Source: Macrostomum lignano (Eukaryota). Taken from it: a stretch of DNA of 64,000 nucleotides. The DNA lies in the NCBI GenBank assembly GCA_002269645.1, contig NIVC01002007.1, positions 1-64,000 on the forward strand, in the 5' to 3' direction. Each line of letters starts with the position of its first letter. The stretch's first letter is position 1. The notes under the pieces are model-generated. The model was not told where the DNA came from. It ran no database searches and worked only from the letters and a program-made list of their open reading frames with translations. Position numbers and translations under genes: made by a program. Below, piece after piece: positions 1-11,409 of this stretch.

Positions 1-387
1 CTCTACGACGTAAAAGCTACGAGCTATATTGAAGATTATATAAACAGCTAGAACATTTCTTTTTAGATATTATTTGTAATACTTGTGCTACACTTTAAAA
101 TTTGCTTAAAATTGCTTTTTTAAATGTTAAAATCGCATTAAAAGTGTACTGTCCAAAACAAGGTTCTGTAACAGTTTATGAAAATAGACTAAATCTCGAA
201 AAGTTCTGAACCAATTCTGGTTCTATAATTGATTAAAACTAAAATCTTCAGAAATCAAAACATGATTTTACGAGTTAGCCATAGACAACATACGCCTCAT
301 CAGAAAAATAGTCCTCAACTTATACATAGTCTAGAGTGCTCATCTGTCAGACGTCAGTGGCAGAAATCTAGGAAACCAACCGCTAAC

Positions 388-2950
388 ATGGCGCCAAACC
401 AGCAGTTCAGCATTGCAGCAAGCCTAGCGAACGGCACGGGCCTCGGCTGCAGCAGGACTTGCATCGCGGTGCGGGCCGTTACCATTCCCGTGGCAGCCGC
501 TGGCCTGTTGCTCAGCTGCCTGTGGCTGCTCATACTGATTGGCAAGTACCGGCGCAACCCTGAGCCGGTCGACATCGGCCTCATCCTGATGCAGCTGGCC
601 TTTACAAACTTTTGTCTGGCCGCCCTCTGCTTTGTTGCCTTTGAACTGGCGCTGCTCAAGTCCGGACACACTCGGTGGGCAAGCTTTAAGCATAATGTTT
701 CGTTTGCTGTAAGTTTACATGTTTTTCGGCATGTCAATAAACACTACATAGATGTCACAATTGCGCACTAAAACTTTTGAGCGACATTGAACACTTATTT
801 AAGCAGTGATGACCTGAAAGGGCCATTTTTACCGCTCTGGCCTCCCTGCAGGGCGGTTGAATCCAAACAGGGCCCTGTGGATGGCCAGATGTGCAACCGC
901 GGTACATCCGAAGGCTGCGTACGGTTGTTCAGTCCAAGGACTGAGGGGTCGCCACATCCAACCTCAATTACCCCAGCTAATGCTGGCACCCATTTTACAG
1001 CTGGGTAAACTGAAGCAATGCAGAGTTAAGTGTCTTGCTCAAGAACTCAATTTGTTTCAGTAGGATCGGGAATCGAACCCCCGACCTTCCAGTTGTCAGT
1101 CAGACGCTCTAACCACCCGGATAGTTACCACCTATTGCAATTAGCCCTATATAGACACTGGCCAGACGTTTTCTATACCCCCGGACACATTCTAGAAGTA
1201 ATACTCAAAGCGAATCCATGACACCAACATAATTTGGTACTCATCAACCCCATCATAACAACCTTTTGACTTTTGGCCTTCCGGACGGTGTAAAGTGAGC
1301 TTCGATGAGTTTCTTTCCCAAAATCTGAGAAGCCATCGCGATGCCCTAGCACTGGTGCTGTCCTGCCACCCACAGGCAATTTACTGCTGGTTCTTGCTCA
1401 GCCTCTCCCTGAAGAACCTGTGGATGATGTGCACCTGCCTGTTTCGCTTCATGGCTATCTCCCGACCGATGAAATTTCGTCGATGGCTGACTTGCCGCAT
1501 CCAGCTGTGCAGCTTCGCCGTCCTGCTGCTGGTCGCGAGCGCCGTTGTCTTTGGCGCTTTCGCCGGTTGGCGTCTGACGGCTGGCGGTAGCGAGCAGTTC
1601 CTGGTGAACACGATGCTGCCTCTGACAAGGACAACTCAGACTTACCTACCCGTGCCGCTGATCGTGCTGATCAGTGCTCTAACGGTAGCTGAGCTAGCCG
1701 CTGCCCGGGCCAACCGACCCGGCGATAATATTGCCTCGTTAAGTCCCTCATCCACGCACAGCTCAGGAGCGGACGCCAATACCAACGCGATTCCGGCCAC
1801 AGAAGACCCAGTTGCAGCCGCAGCAGCTGCCGCAGCTGCATGCGAGAACGCAGCTCTCGCAGCTGCCGAATGCTTCAATGCCTCGGTTATGTCCAGCGAG
1901 GACGAAGACGGCAGTTCAACCAAAGCGATGACCGACGTTACTGACGCGATCGAAGCTGCTAGAGCTGCAGCCGCGGCCAATCAATACTCGGCCAAGGCTG
2001 CCAAGGCAGTTCGTGCTCTACCAGAGCGTGGCTCTGCCTCAACGACTTGCGCTCGCGCAGCCAAATCCGCTGACGCTGCCGCCGCAGCAGCCGCTAATTT
2101 CGCCACAGCCGCCAGTGCATTGGCAACCGACTGCGCTTTCACCAAAGCTGCCAACGCTGCCGCGGCGGCTTCTGCCTCGGCTGTTGCGGCAGCCGCTGCC
2201 TCCAATGCTTTCGCATTCGAAGCTGCTATCTCTGCAGAATCAGCTGCTGTCACTGCAGCCGCTGCTGCTGCAGCCGCCGCTACCTCAGCCACCGCTGCCA
2301 ACGTTTGCGCAGCGAAAGCATTGATCAAAACCGCTGCCACCGTCGCCGCCGCTGCCGCCGCGGATTCCAACGATATCGAAGCCGACTGTGCGGCGATTGC
2401 TGCCAAGGTCTACGCGTTCGCCGCTGATGATGCCACTGTCGCGACGGCAAATTACCAAGCAGCTGACACAGCGGGCGGAGTTGCTAGAAATTTCAACGCG
2501 ATGGAGTCGCGCGCCGCCGCCAACTCCAGGCTGGCAGGCGCCGCTGCCGCTGCAGCCGTTGCCGCCACCGCAGCCGCAGCGGCAAATTCCAACGCAGTCG
2601 CAACGGCAGCCGCAACCGTCCAGGCCCGCAACTGGTGCAACACGCTGCTCATTGTTTGCCTGTCTGCTGGCACCATCGCAGCGCTGGAACTGCCTGGCGC
2701 TGTCATGGTGATTGTCCAACAGTTCCGCCCTCTGCAGGACTGGCTGGTGCCCGTCGACGACCTGCTGGTGACCTGTCACGGCGCGGTTCACTTTGCAATT
2801 TTCGGCGCTTTTAGCGCCAACTTCCGAGGCCAGCTGCGCCAGCTGCTCCGCTGCCAGGCGAACAGAGACGCCCCTAAAAGCGGTCGCGACGGTCAACCTC
2901 GGCAGCAGGAGAATCGGCCTCTTGTGGGAACAAAGACTCGTCCCTCTTGA
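388..2950 (+). CDS. Rhodopsin-class (class A) 7TM GPCR, FMRFamide-receptor/Srw-like orphan; join(388..708,1376..2950), ~631 aa
   Basis: Exon 1 MAPNQ...SFA contains two hydrophobic helices and ends at a GTAAGT donor (709). The acceptor CCACAG at 1375 is phase 0 and matches. Exon 2 has the TM3 segment KNLWMMCTCLFRFMAISRP (DRY-equivalent FRF), TM5 YLPVPLI, TM6 ALELPG and TM7/helix 8 FAIFGAFSANFRGQL, motifs typical of FMRFaR/Srw-type peptide GPCRs. Confidence 0.85.
830..1132 (-). mobile_element. tRNA-derived CORE-type SINE in GPCR intron 1
   Basis: The minus strand reads a tRNA-like head (GGTGGTTAGAGCG A-box-like, GGTTCGATTCC B-box), then CTTGAGCAAGACACTTAACTCTGCATTGCTTCAGTTTACCCAGCTGTAAAATGGG, which closely resembles the MIR/CORE central domain. 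The 3' boundary is approximate. Confidence 0.7.
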
Positions 2951-3394
2951 CTTACTCGAGTGCGCCAACACAATGCCGACTACTTACAGTTATAAGTAGT
3001 ACAGCAGAGTGAAATACTTATTTTTTTGTTCCGGAACATTCGCAAACCGAAGCGCAACTGATACTCAAACTGGTTAATCCGTAGAAACTCGTTCTGTGTA
3101 AATAATAACATTAAATTTTCAAAGGTGGCTCGGCTCATATTTACCGGTCACGCGGTACAGAACCTTCTATCTTCTCAATGCTTTTTATAAAAGAAACCTG
3201 CGGGGCACACCTGTCACACTTTTCTTTCTATCTGACATCGGAACATGAGGAGCCTCCCATTCGGCACCTGGCAACTGTGCGCCCCATCTACTGTGGTTGA
3301 TTAGATTTTTATAACATCCAGTTTGAGGTCAAATGACACACTAATACTTGCTACTTTAGAATCACCAACTTTCGGACCAGATAATGAGAAAATC

Positions 3395-3972
3395 TATTCA
3401 CATTTACTCACATCTACTCATATCTACTCACATCTACTCACATCTGCTCATATCTACTCATATCTACTCAAATCTGCTCATATCTACTCACATCTACTCA
3501 CATCTGCTCACATCTGCTCACATCTACTCATATCTGCTCATATCTACTCACATCTACTCATATCTACTCACATCTGCTCACATCTGCTCACATCTACTCA
3601 AAACTACTCACATCTACTCGTATCTACTCATATTTACTCTTATCTACTCATGTCTACTCACATCTACTTACAACTACTCACATCTACTCATATATACATA
3701 TATCTACTCATATCTACTCATATCTGCTCATATCTACTCACATCTACTCACATCTGCTCACATCTGCTCACATCTACTCATATCTGCTCATATCTACTCA
3801 CATCTACTCATATCTACTCACATCTGCTCACATCTGCTCACATCTACTCAAAACTACTCACATCTACTCGTATCTACTCATATTTACTCTTATCTACTCA
3901 TGTCTACTCACATCTACTTACAACTACTCACATCTCTTCGTATCTACTCATATCTACTCATACTTATATCTA
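3395..3972. repeat. 12-bp minisatellite (CATCTACTCACA family)
   Basis: Direct tandem units; these explain the His/Ser/Leu-rich ORFs 3323..4009 and 3384..4025. Confidence 0.95.
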
Positions 3973-4019
3973 CTTGTGGCGGAAAAAGTTCATATTTATT
4001 CAGCCCTGAACACTGTAGC

Positions 4020-6190
4020 TCGTGAGGAAGGTTGTGGGGTGACGGCGCCTGACGAGTCGTCGGTTAAAGTCTCAGGTATGCAGTGGGCTCCGCAGAAGGA
4101 TGCCTTCATTCTTTCGATTAGCGACCACCCGGCAGCCAATCTTGCAAGAGAAAATTTGACTAAACGGGCAACGTTGTCGGCATTCTCCAAAACCTTCAAC
4201 GCTCTGGGTCTTCTGTGTCCATTGCTGACACGACCGAAGCTACTCTTTCAGCAGAGTTGCAAGCTAAAAATTTCCTGGGACGCGGTGCTACCGGAACCCT
4301 TACAAGGGCAGTGGATGGAATGTTTAAAATATTTAAAAAGGTTGGTCAACTGAACTCAATAGGCGAGTCGTCAATGAAAGGCCGATTGCTACCGAGATCC
4401 ATGGGTTCTGCGACGCGTCACAGTTAGCATATGCGGCGTGCTTGTTCCTACGTTCCACATTCGAGTCGGGTGCGGTGCAAGTTTCTCTGTTAATGGGGAA
4501 GGTGCGTGTAGCCCCGATGTCTTCGACCACAATTCCACGCCTGGAGTTATGGCTGCTCATGAGCTTGCGCAAGCAATCAGTGAGATTCGCGCAGAATATC
4601 CGGACTGCCCGATCGTCTGTTGGAGCGACAGCATGGACGTCCTTTGGTGGCTCAAATCGAAGCACAAGCTGTGGAAACCGTTCATTCAAAACCGTGCAAT
4701 CAAAATTCGTTCGATAGTCGCCCCGGAATCATGGCGGTACTGTCCAGGAAAGGACAATCCAGCAGACATTGCTACGCGACCAGTAATCCCTAGGATGTTC
4801 ACAGCAACGTCCTCCTGGTTTCGAGGTCCAACGTGGCTGTCTGAACTGGACCTGCACTGGCCAGAACAACCTGCGATGTGCGATCAGCATTCCATATCTA
4901 GAGAAGACGAGCCCAGCTGTTCGATAACTCACGCGAGGACACCCGATGTTCAGCTACAGAGTCCACTCCATAATTGAGTTGCAACGGCGGTTCAGCACCC
5001 TGACGAAACTGTTGCGCGTCACTGCTTGGGTGTTTCGCTTTATCAAGACAATCAAACAGAAGAGGCGAGAAAGCATCGGCGAGTTGACGGCTACGGAGTT
5101 GTTACAAGCGGAGGACTGCTGGATCAAGTCACTGCAGGCACGAGATTTCAGTTTGGACATACGATGTCTCAAGGAGGGCACAGCCCGCACGCTGCTCAAT
5201 TGTAATCTGTGGCTATTTATAGATCAAGGGGAGTCCTGCCAGGGGCTAACGAAATGGGCGGTCTCCTCCGCCTCCTCGCTGCATCCGCCGGACGCCCCCT
5301 GCAGCTAAGTCAAGTCAAGGGGGAGTCCTTCGCAGTGCAGGTCGACTCGGTGAGCCAAGCTCTCGACCCACCAAAAATCGCCGGTTCTCTGTCCGACAGA
5401 CGTCGATTTCCAGCGGCTGTTGATCTGAGAGGCGCACCACAAGGTTGGTCATGGTGGTGTGGCAGCAACGTTACTCTGAATTCGCGAGAAATTCTGGCTC
5501 TTGAAGGGACGACAGAAAGCATGCAACACGTGCATACGTCTTCAAGGCCTGTCGTATAAGATCTCCCAAAAAGCGCAGTTACCTACGTCCCGTGCGTCAC
5601 CGGGCAGAGCCTTCCAGCATGTTGGCCTCGATTACTGCGGCCCCCTCATCTACCGCAGGGGGAGGATGACGGCCAACATAAAGCCTACATTCTATTGTTG
5701 ACCTGTACTAGCACACCAGCAGTGCATCTCGAACTCGTCACTGACTTGACAACGCAGTCATTCCTTCTGAGCCTGAGACGCTCCTGTGTCCGCCGAGGTG
5801 TACCGTCAATTATCTCTGACAACTTCAAAACCTTCCATGCGGCGGCCAGGCTACTGGATGCAGAAGAAGCTCCATTACGGACTCAAACAGGTCAATATTT
5901 TTTGAGCAGCCGCCGAGTCACTTGGACATTCATTCCCGAGCGAGCTCCATGGATGGTAGGCTTCTACGAGAGACTGGTCGGCGTAGTGAAATCAGTGCTC
6001 AAGAAGACAATCGGAAGGGCATTCCTGACCGTCGAGGAGCTGTCGACAGTAATCTGTGAGGCGAAAGCGGTTGTAAACTCAAGATCGCTTGGTTTTGTGT
6101 CTTCCGGCGAGCAATCAGAAGTCATCACACGTGGCCATTTCCTCGTTCTGCGCCGCCTGACAAAAGAACCAGAGGACGAAGCGAAAGTTT
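4020..6190 (+). mobile_element. Degenerate BEL/Pao LTR retrotransposon pol fragment (Pao RNase H region plus integrase), frameshifted
   Basis: Diagnostic motifs across frames: TKRATLSAFSKTFNALGLLCP, FCDASQLAYAA, KVRVAP..TTIPRLEL, WSDSMDVLWW, WRYCPGKDNPADIATR..WFRGPTWL, RFSTLTKLLRVTAWVFRF, HVGLDYCGP, AVHLELVTDLTTQSFL, SDNFKTF, APWMVGFYERLV. Multiple stops and frameshifts; no LTRs recognised. Confidence 0.92.
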
Positions 6191-6799
6191 GGCCAGTTCT
6201 CAGGCCAGTTCTTTGCCTCGACCAACTATGGCCAGTTCTTTGGCCAGAACTGGGTGGCCAGTTCTCAAAGTGGTCGAGCTGCTACGCATCTTCGACGGCC
6301 AGTGAAGTTGCTGGTACCACTGGAAGTCTGACGTGTCGCTGGTGGTTTTTTGCTCGGCTGCTGGCTACGTCTAGTCGGTTTTCCTGTGTTCTTTTGGTCG
6401 TTTTGCTGGTGGCGTTCAGTCGGTTGTCGTTCAATGTCGGTGGCTGTGTGAGTGGTCGGTGGTCGGTCAGTCGGTTGGTTGGTGGTTCTCTGTCGTTGTT
6501 GTTCGGTGGTCGGTTTTGGTTGCGTCACGTTGGTTGTTTTTTCCCGTGGTTGGTGGTGTTTATCCTTACAGTCGCTTTAATTCTTGTTGTTTCGTGTCGG
6601 TTAGTTCTTGTTTATGTGGGCTGTGTTTGCTTTGTTTTTTCTCTTTTGTCGGTGATTGGTTTGCGTTTTCTGTAAGTTTGCAGTTTATTCACCGTTGGTT
6701 GATTTTCGTGCTTCTTCGGTTTTTTGTTTTTTTCGCAGTCCAATGTTTTAGCGCTGCAATATTTGTTTTTTATAACTTGCATTACTTTTCCTACTTCAC

Positions 6800-7095
6800 C
6801 CTACTATCTGAGAGTGACAGTAGGGTGACTATATGAGAGTGAATATAGGGTGACTACATATATATAAGAGTGACAGTATAGGTGACTATCTGGGAGTGAC
6901 AGTAAGGTGACGAGAGATACTGCAGGAATGGCTGACTCTATGGATGAGAAATTGAGGATAACTATAAAAGAGTGACAGGTGTGAGTGAGGACTAAGAGTG
7001 ACAGTAAGAGTGATAGTAGTAGTGACTATATGAAAGTGACTCGCTTATTACAGTCACATAGGAACTTGAATTGGACAGTGAGAGTGACTTTTTGA
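6800..7095. repeat. Degenerate GAGTGACAGT-type low-complexity repeat
   Basis: Recurrent GAGTGAC(A/T) units. Confidence 0.7.
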
Positions 7096-7554
7096 GTTTG
7101 GCGACTTCATGGGGTTGACTACTAAGATCGGTGAGTTTGTTGAGCATAGCTGTCTCTTATCCCTCAGATTCAGATTCAGATGTGTCTTAGCAACTAATCT
7201 CTCAGGGGGGGGGGGGGCGAATGGTGACAAGTTGCATTGTTCGGTAAATTCTGAGCATCTTCGTCTTGTACGCTGCTCAAAATGTCTGCCAAACTCATTA
7301 GAGTAATGGAGTTGTTAAGGGCCTATACCTACGATTAATATGCCTGCTAGTACTTACGGAAGTATCATCATGACGAGCCTATTACTATATTGGACATTTA
7401 TAAGTCGAGCAGGTCTGGGGATCGCTTACTACCTAAGAATCTATTTGCAGACTGTTTGGCAGCTGAAACGTTCCATTATCGAGTGCTTAGTCAGCTACAC
7501 AGCACGCATTTTTAAAAACTCGTTTCTCGCACCCAAAACTCTACAAAAAACCAG

Positions 7555-8317
7555 GTGAGCTACTGCTGGGTGTTGTTCAGCGTGACCGTGAAGAACATGT
7601 GGACGGCCTGCATCAGCGTGTTCCGCTGTCTGGCCACCTTCAAGCCCATCGGCTTCCGCCGCCGTCGCGGCCGCCGCCGGGCCCGGCACCTTCGCCGCGT
7701 GGCGTCTGGCGGCCGGCGGCAGCGAGCGGTTCCTGGTGGACGTGATGCTGCCGCTGATGAGGACGCCTCAGACTTACCTGCCCGTGCCGCTGATCCTGCT
7801 GGCCTCCGGCGTCACCGCCGCTCAGCTGGCTGTTGCCAGGGGCAACCAGCCTGGCGAGGTCGCCGCCTCCGTCGCCCCAGCCGCTGCCGCCAGAAGGTCC
7901 GGCCTCGTCACCACCCGCATTGTGCTGGTGCTGGCCACCACTTTTATCGTTTTCGAGTTGCCAGGCGCGACTTTCATCACATTCGAGCTGCACAAACAGC
8001 TTCCAGACTGGATGGTGCCCGTCAGCGACCTGCTGGTTACCGTCGACAGCGCCTGCAGCTTCTTCGTGTTCTACGCGGTCAGCGCCAACTTCCGTCGGCA
8101 GGTGCTGCAGCTGCTCGGCCGTCAGCCTCTGGCCGCTTCCCCTGGAGCTGCCACCGCCAACCGCAGAGGCGGCACCAGCCTCACCGCTACGTTTTCTTCG
8201 GCGCTGCTAGCGCAACGACGCCACGACAGCCGTTTTGTCGAGGCGTCCCGACTGGTGGGCTGGTCGCGCTGCCCTAAGCCGCTGCTGGGCCGCAGGGCGG
8301 AGGATGCCAGCCTCTGA
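7555..8317 (+). pseudogene. Duplicate of GPCR exon 2 (TM3-TM7) with a frameshifting ~47-nt deletion
   Basis: Acceptor CCAG|GTGAGCTACTGC; VSYCWVLFSVTVKNMWTACISVFRCLATFKP aligns with AIYCWFLLSLSLKNLWMMCTCLFRFMAISRP. The frame changes at ~7663, then TFAAWRL..QTYLPVPLI..FELPGA..SANFRRQ aligns with the upstream gene. No Ala-rich insert and no own exon 1 seen. Confidence 0.8.
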
Positions 8318-9249
8318 CTCGCGTGGGCCGGCCGTCTGTTCTCTGAGCAAGAAATAACGAAAAACTCCACTTATACTACTTGGCAGGCGCCTCAGTTTCT
8401 ACACCTTTAGAATGCTACAAAGCGTTTAAAATGTTTAGACTGCTAATGCTAGAATGCGGATGTACCAAAAAGCAATCTACATGTAACTTCGAAACTGTTC
8501 AGTCTAAACTAAACTACGCTCGCACGTAATCTAAAATAAAGTCTTCTGGGCTAAGTTTGTCCATGGTAAATCCATTTTCACCGCACCGTTTTTGCAATTC
8601 TGTATTCCAGGAGGTGAGGATATTGTTCTTGTGATGACATTTTGAAATCGAGGAACTTTCTATCCTGCATGTACTTTAAAAGTTAGCAAAACTTTTTAAA
8701 ACTTCAGTCATGCATTGTCAATTAATGTAATATCTGTCTCATACTATCTAGATACTTAAAGTAAAATTTCAGTACATATTATTGCATGGATTTGTTATTT
8801 CTATTTTTCCTTTATAGTTTTCTACTAGTTTATAATATTTTACTAAATGCATACTCTTTGCATCTACTAACAGTAATATAATGCGAAAAAAACTCTTTTT
8901 ACATTACAAATACAAGGTAATATATTTTAAAATAAAACTTGGTCGCTTGCAAGCAAAATCTCCCTCATTTTTTTCTCTCTTTAAATCATTAAAGTGCTGC
9001 CTGCAAGGGTGACCTGGAATGAACCCAACGCTGCAGCCACGAGCCCAGCACCGAGTTGTGTTGTATTGTAATGGGGCCTGTCGGCTCGATATTAGTGAAG
9101 CAGTTGTTGCTGGAATCTGGATCAGCAGTCTGGTGAAGGTTGCAGCGACCATTTCGAGTTTGCCAGCCACCCTCGGTTGCTGCAGCTGTGGGCGATTCAA
9201 CAAGGCTGAGGGCCAACAGGCAGGACATGAAGAAACATAGAGAGGCATT

Positions 9250-9932
9250 TAGCGCCAGAGAAACGCTGTATTTGGCGCCAGAGAAACGCTGTATTTGGCG
9301 CCAGAGAAACACTGTATTTGGCGCCAGAGAAACATTGTATTTTGCGCCAGAGAAACGCTGTATTTGGCGCCAGAGAAACGCTGTATTTGGCGCCAGAGAA
9401 ACACTGTATTTGGCGCCAGAGAAACATTGTATTTTGCGCCAGAGAAACGCTGTATTTGGCGCCAGAGAAACGCTGTATTTAGCACTAGAAAAACACTGTA
9501 TTTGGCGCCAGGGAAACACTGTATTTGGCGCCAGAGAAACGCTGTATTTGGCGCCAGAGAAACGCTGTATTTAGCGCCAGAGAAACGCTGTATTTGGCGC
9601 CAGAGAAACACTGTATTTGGCGCCAGAGAAACACTGTATTTGGCGCCAGAGAAACACTGTATTTGGCGCCAGAGAAACACTGTATTTGGCGCCAGAGAAA
9701 CACTGCATTTGGCGCCAGAGAAACGCTGTATTTGGCGCTAGAGAAACGCTGTATTTGGCGCCAGAGAAACGCTGTATTTAGCACAAGAGAAACACTGTAT
9801 TTGGCGCCAGGGAAACGCTGTATTTGGCGCCAGAGAAACGCTGTATTTGGCGCCAGAGAAACGCTGTATTTAGCACAAGAGAAACACTGTATTTGGCGCC
9901 AGGGAAACGCTGTATTTGGCGCCAGAGAAACA
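9250..9932. repeat. 23-bp minisatellite (TTTGGCGCCAGAGAAACGCTGTA), ~30 units
   Basis: Direct tandem units without spacers. Confidence 0.95.
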
Positions 9933-10582
9933 TGTACGCCCTTAGTTTTGGAGCCTCTGGTCTACAGTTATATCCAACAGTAGTCATTGCGTGGCAGAGC
10001 GGACCGCACTAAACTGACTTAGCTTCTAAAGGGCCGGCCTCCCAGGTGGGCCCTTAGTCTAAAACCTTAACTCCCAAGATCTTTGTTTGAATTTTCTGTC
10101 TTTCTCTCCCAAGAGAGCCCCAATAAAGCAATACAGTCCGACAGAATCCCCCCCAGGGAGGGGAGAATTTCCCCTCCCAGATGCGTCTGATCTCCCGTCG
10201 CGTGCTGCGGTAGGACCCTTTGCAGCAATAAATCTGAAGTGTGGCGCCGCTCAGAACAGAACAAAGACCTGTTGCTCCGGTCATTGTTTTGCAAATACAA
10301 TCACTATATAGGAGGAGCTGTTTAGACTGAGCCCTTGACTTTCCCTAATTTATTGTGCATTGGGGAATCCAAGTTAATGGGGCCGATGGGGGCTCACGCT
10401 CGTATTTGTTGTTTTTACACGGGCCGCCCGCGAGAGCGTCTTTTTAGATCGGTCCCTTGCGCTGCAGCAATTAATTTTCACCTGCGCCAAGGACCGCCTA
10501 CGGTGACTTTTTAAGTGAAGTTCGGCGTTTTCGAATGTCACGGCTTGGAGGTTTGGATGGATTGAAGGCTCAAATGGCTAAT

Positions 10583-10900
10583 TTTGGCGCCCGATCGCTC
10601 ATTTTGGCGCCCGATCGCTTATTTTGGCGCCGAGATCGCTCATTTTGGCGCCGAGATCGCTCATTTTGGCGCCGAGATCGCTCATTTTGGCGCCGAGATC
10701 GCTCATTTTGGCGCCGAGATCGCTCATTTTGGCGCCGAGATCGCTCATTTTGGCGCCGAGATCGCTCATTTTGGCGCCGAGATTGCTCATTTTGGCGCCG
10801 AGATCGCTCATTTTGGCGCCGAGATCGCTCATTTTGGCGCCGAGATCGCTCATTTTGGCGCCGAGATCGCTCATTTTGGCGCCGAGATTGCTCATTTTAG
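10583..10900. repeat. 21-bp minisatellite (TTTTGGCGCCGAGATCGCTCA), ~15 units
   Basis: Direct tandem units. Confidence 0.95.
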
Positions 10901-10902
10901 AG

Positions 10903-11010
10903 CCAGTCCATAGTTTAGCCTTCCAGTCCATAGTTTAGCCTTCCAGTCCATAGTTTAGCCTTCCAGTCCATAGTTTAGCCTTCCAGTCCATAGTTTAGCC
11001 TTCCAGTCCA
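10903..11010. repeat. 20-bp tandem repeat (CAGTCCATAGTTTAGCCTTC), ~5 units
   Basis: Direct tandem units. Confidence 0.9.
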
Positions 11011-11409
11011 TGTGTCAGAGATCCATGGCTGCTACAAAACTGCAGTAAAAGTATTCCATATTTTATGACCAGCGCAGCCACCCAAGGTGTCTTATCTCCT
11101 GCGGTTCATCTCTCAATGCCTGTGCCGCACAATATTTATTCCCAGTCCACTCAAAAAACACTTACTGCAGTTTCACTTCTTGACTGGAAACTGGGACAAA
11201 GACCTCTCGAGCTGTATCCAAGATTTGTCCACGCGATTTCCTGGTGGAGTTTTCTCCGCCTTGGTTTTCGGGGTGGACCCAGACTTGCAATGTGATTTAT
11301 GAGAATCTGCTGTGTTGCTGGTCTGCTGTCCCTTCGACTGGGCTTGGAACTGTAATTACAAGGCCTGTGCACATTCAGTGTCGGATGCAGGCTGTTGCTT
11401 CGAAATCAG

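Noticed and set aside
1642-2706. Antisense Ala-rich ORFs, and resemblance of the Ala-rich loop to type I antifreeze proteins
   Set aside because: GCN-rich sequence is open on both strands; there is no regular 11-residue Thr spacing, and the segment is an intracellular GPCR loop.
5695-6836. Hydrophobic C-terminal tail of the integrase ORF as a possible env or membrane protein
   Set aside because: It derives from GT-rich low-complexity sequence after ~6330.
9019-9240. VVLYCNGAC resembling the first RNase H motif
   Set aside because: The catalytic Asp is replaced and no downstream RNase H motifs follow; too weak.
9250-10900. CRISPR-like 21-23-bp direct repeats
   Set aside because: Units are head-to-tail with no unique spacers, there are no cas genes, and the context is eukaryotic.
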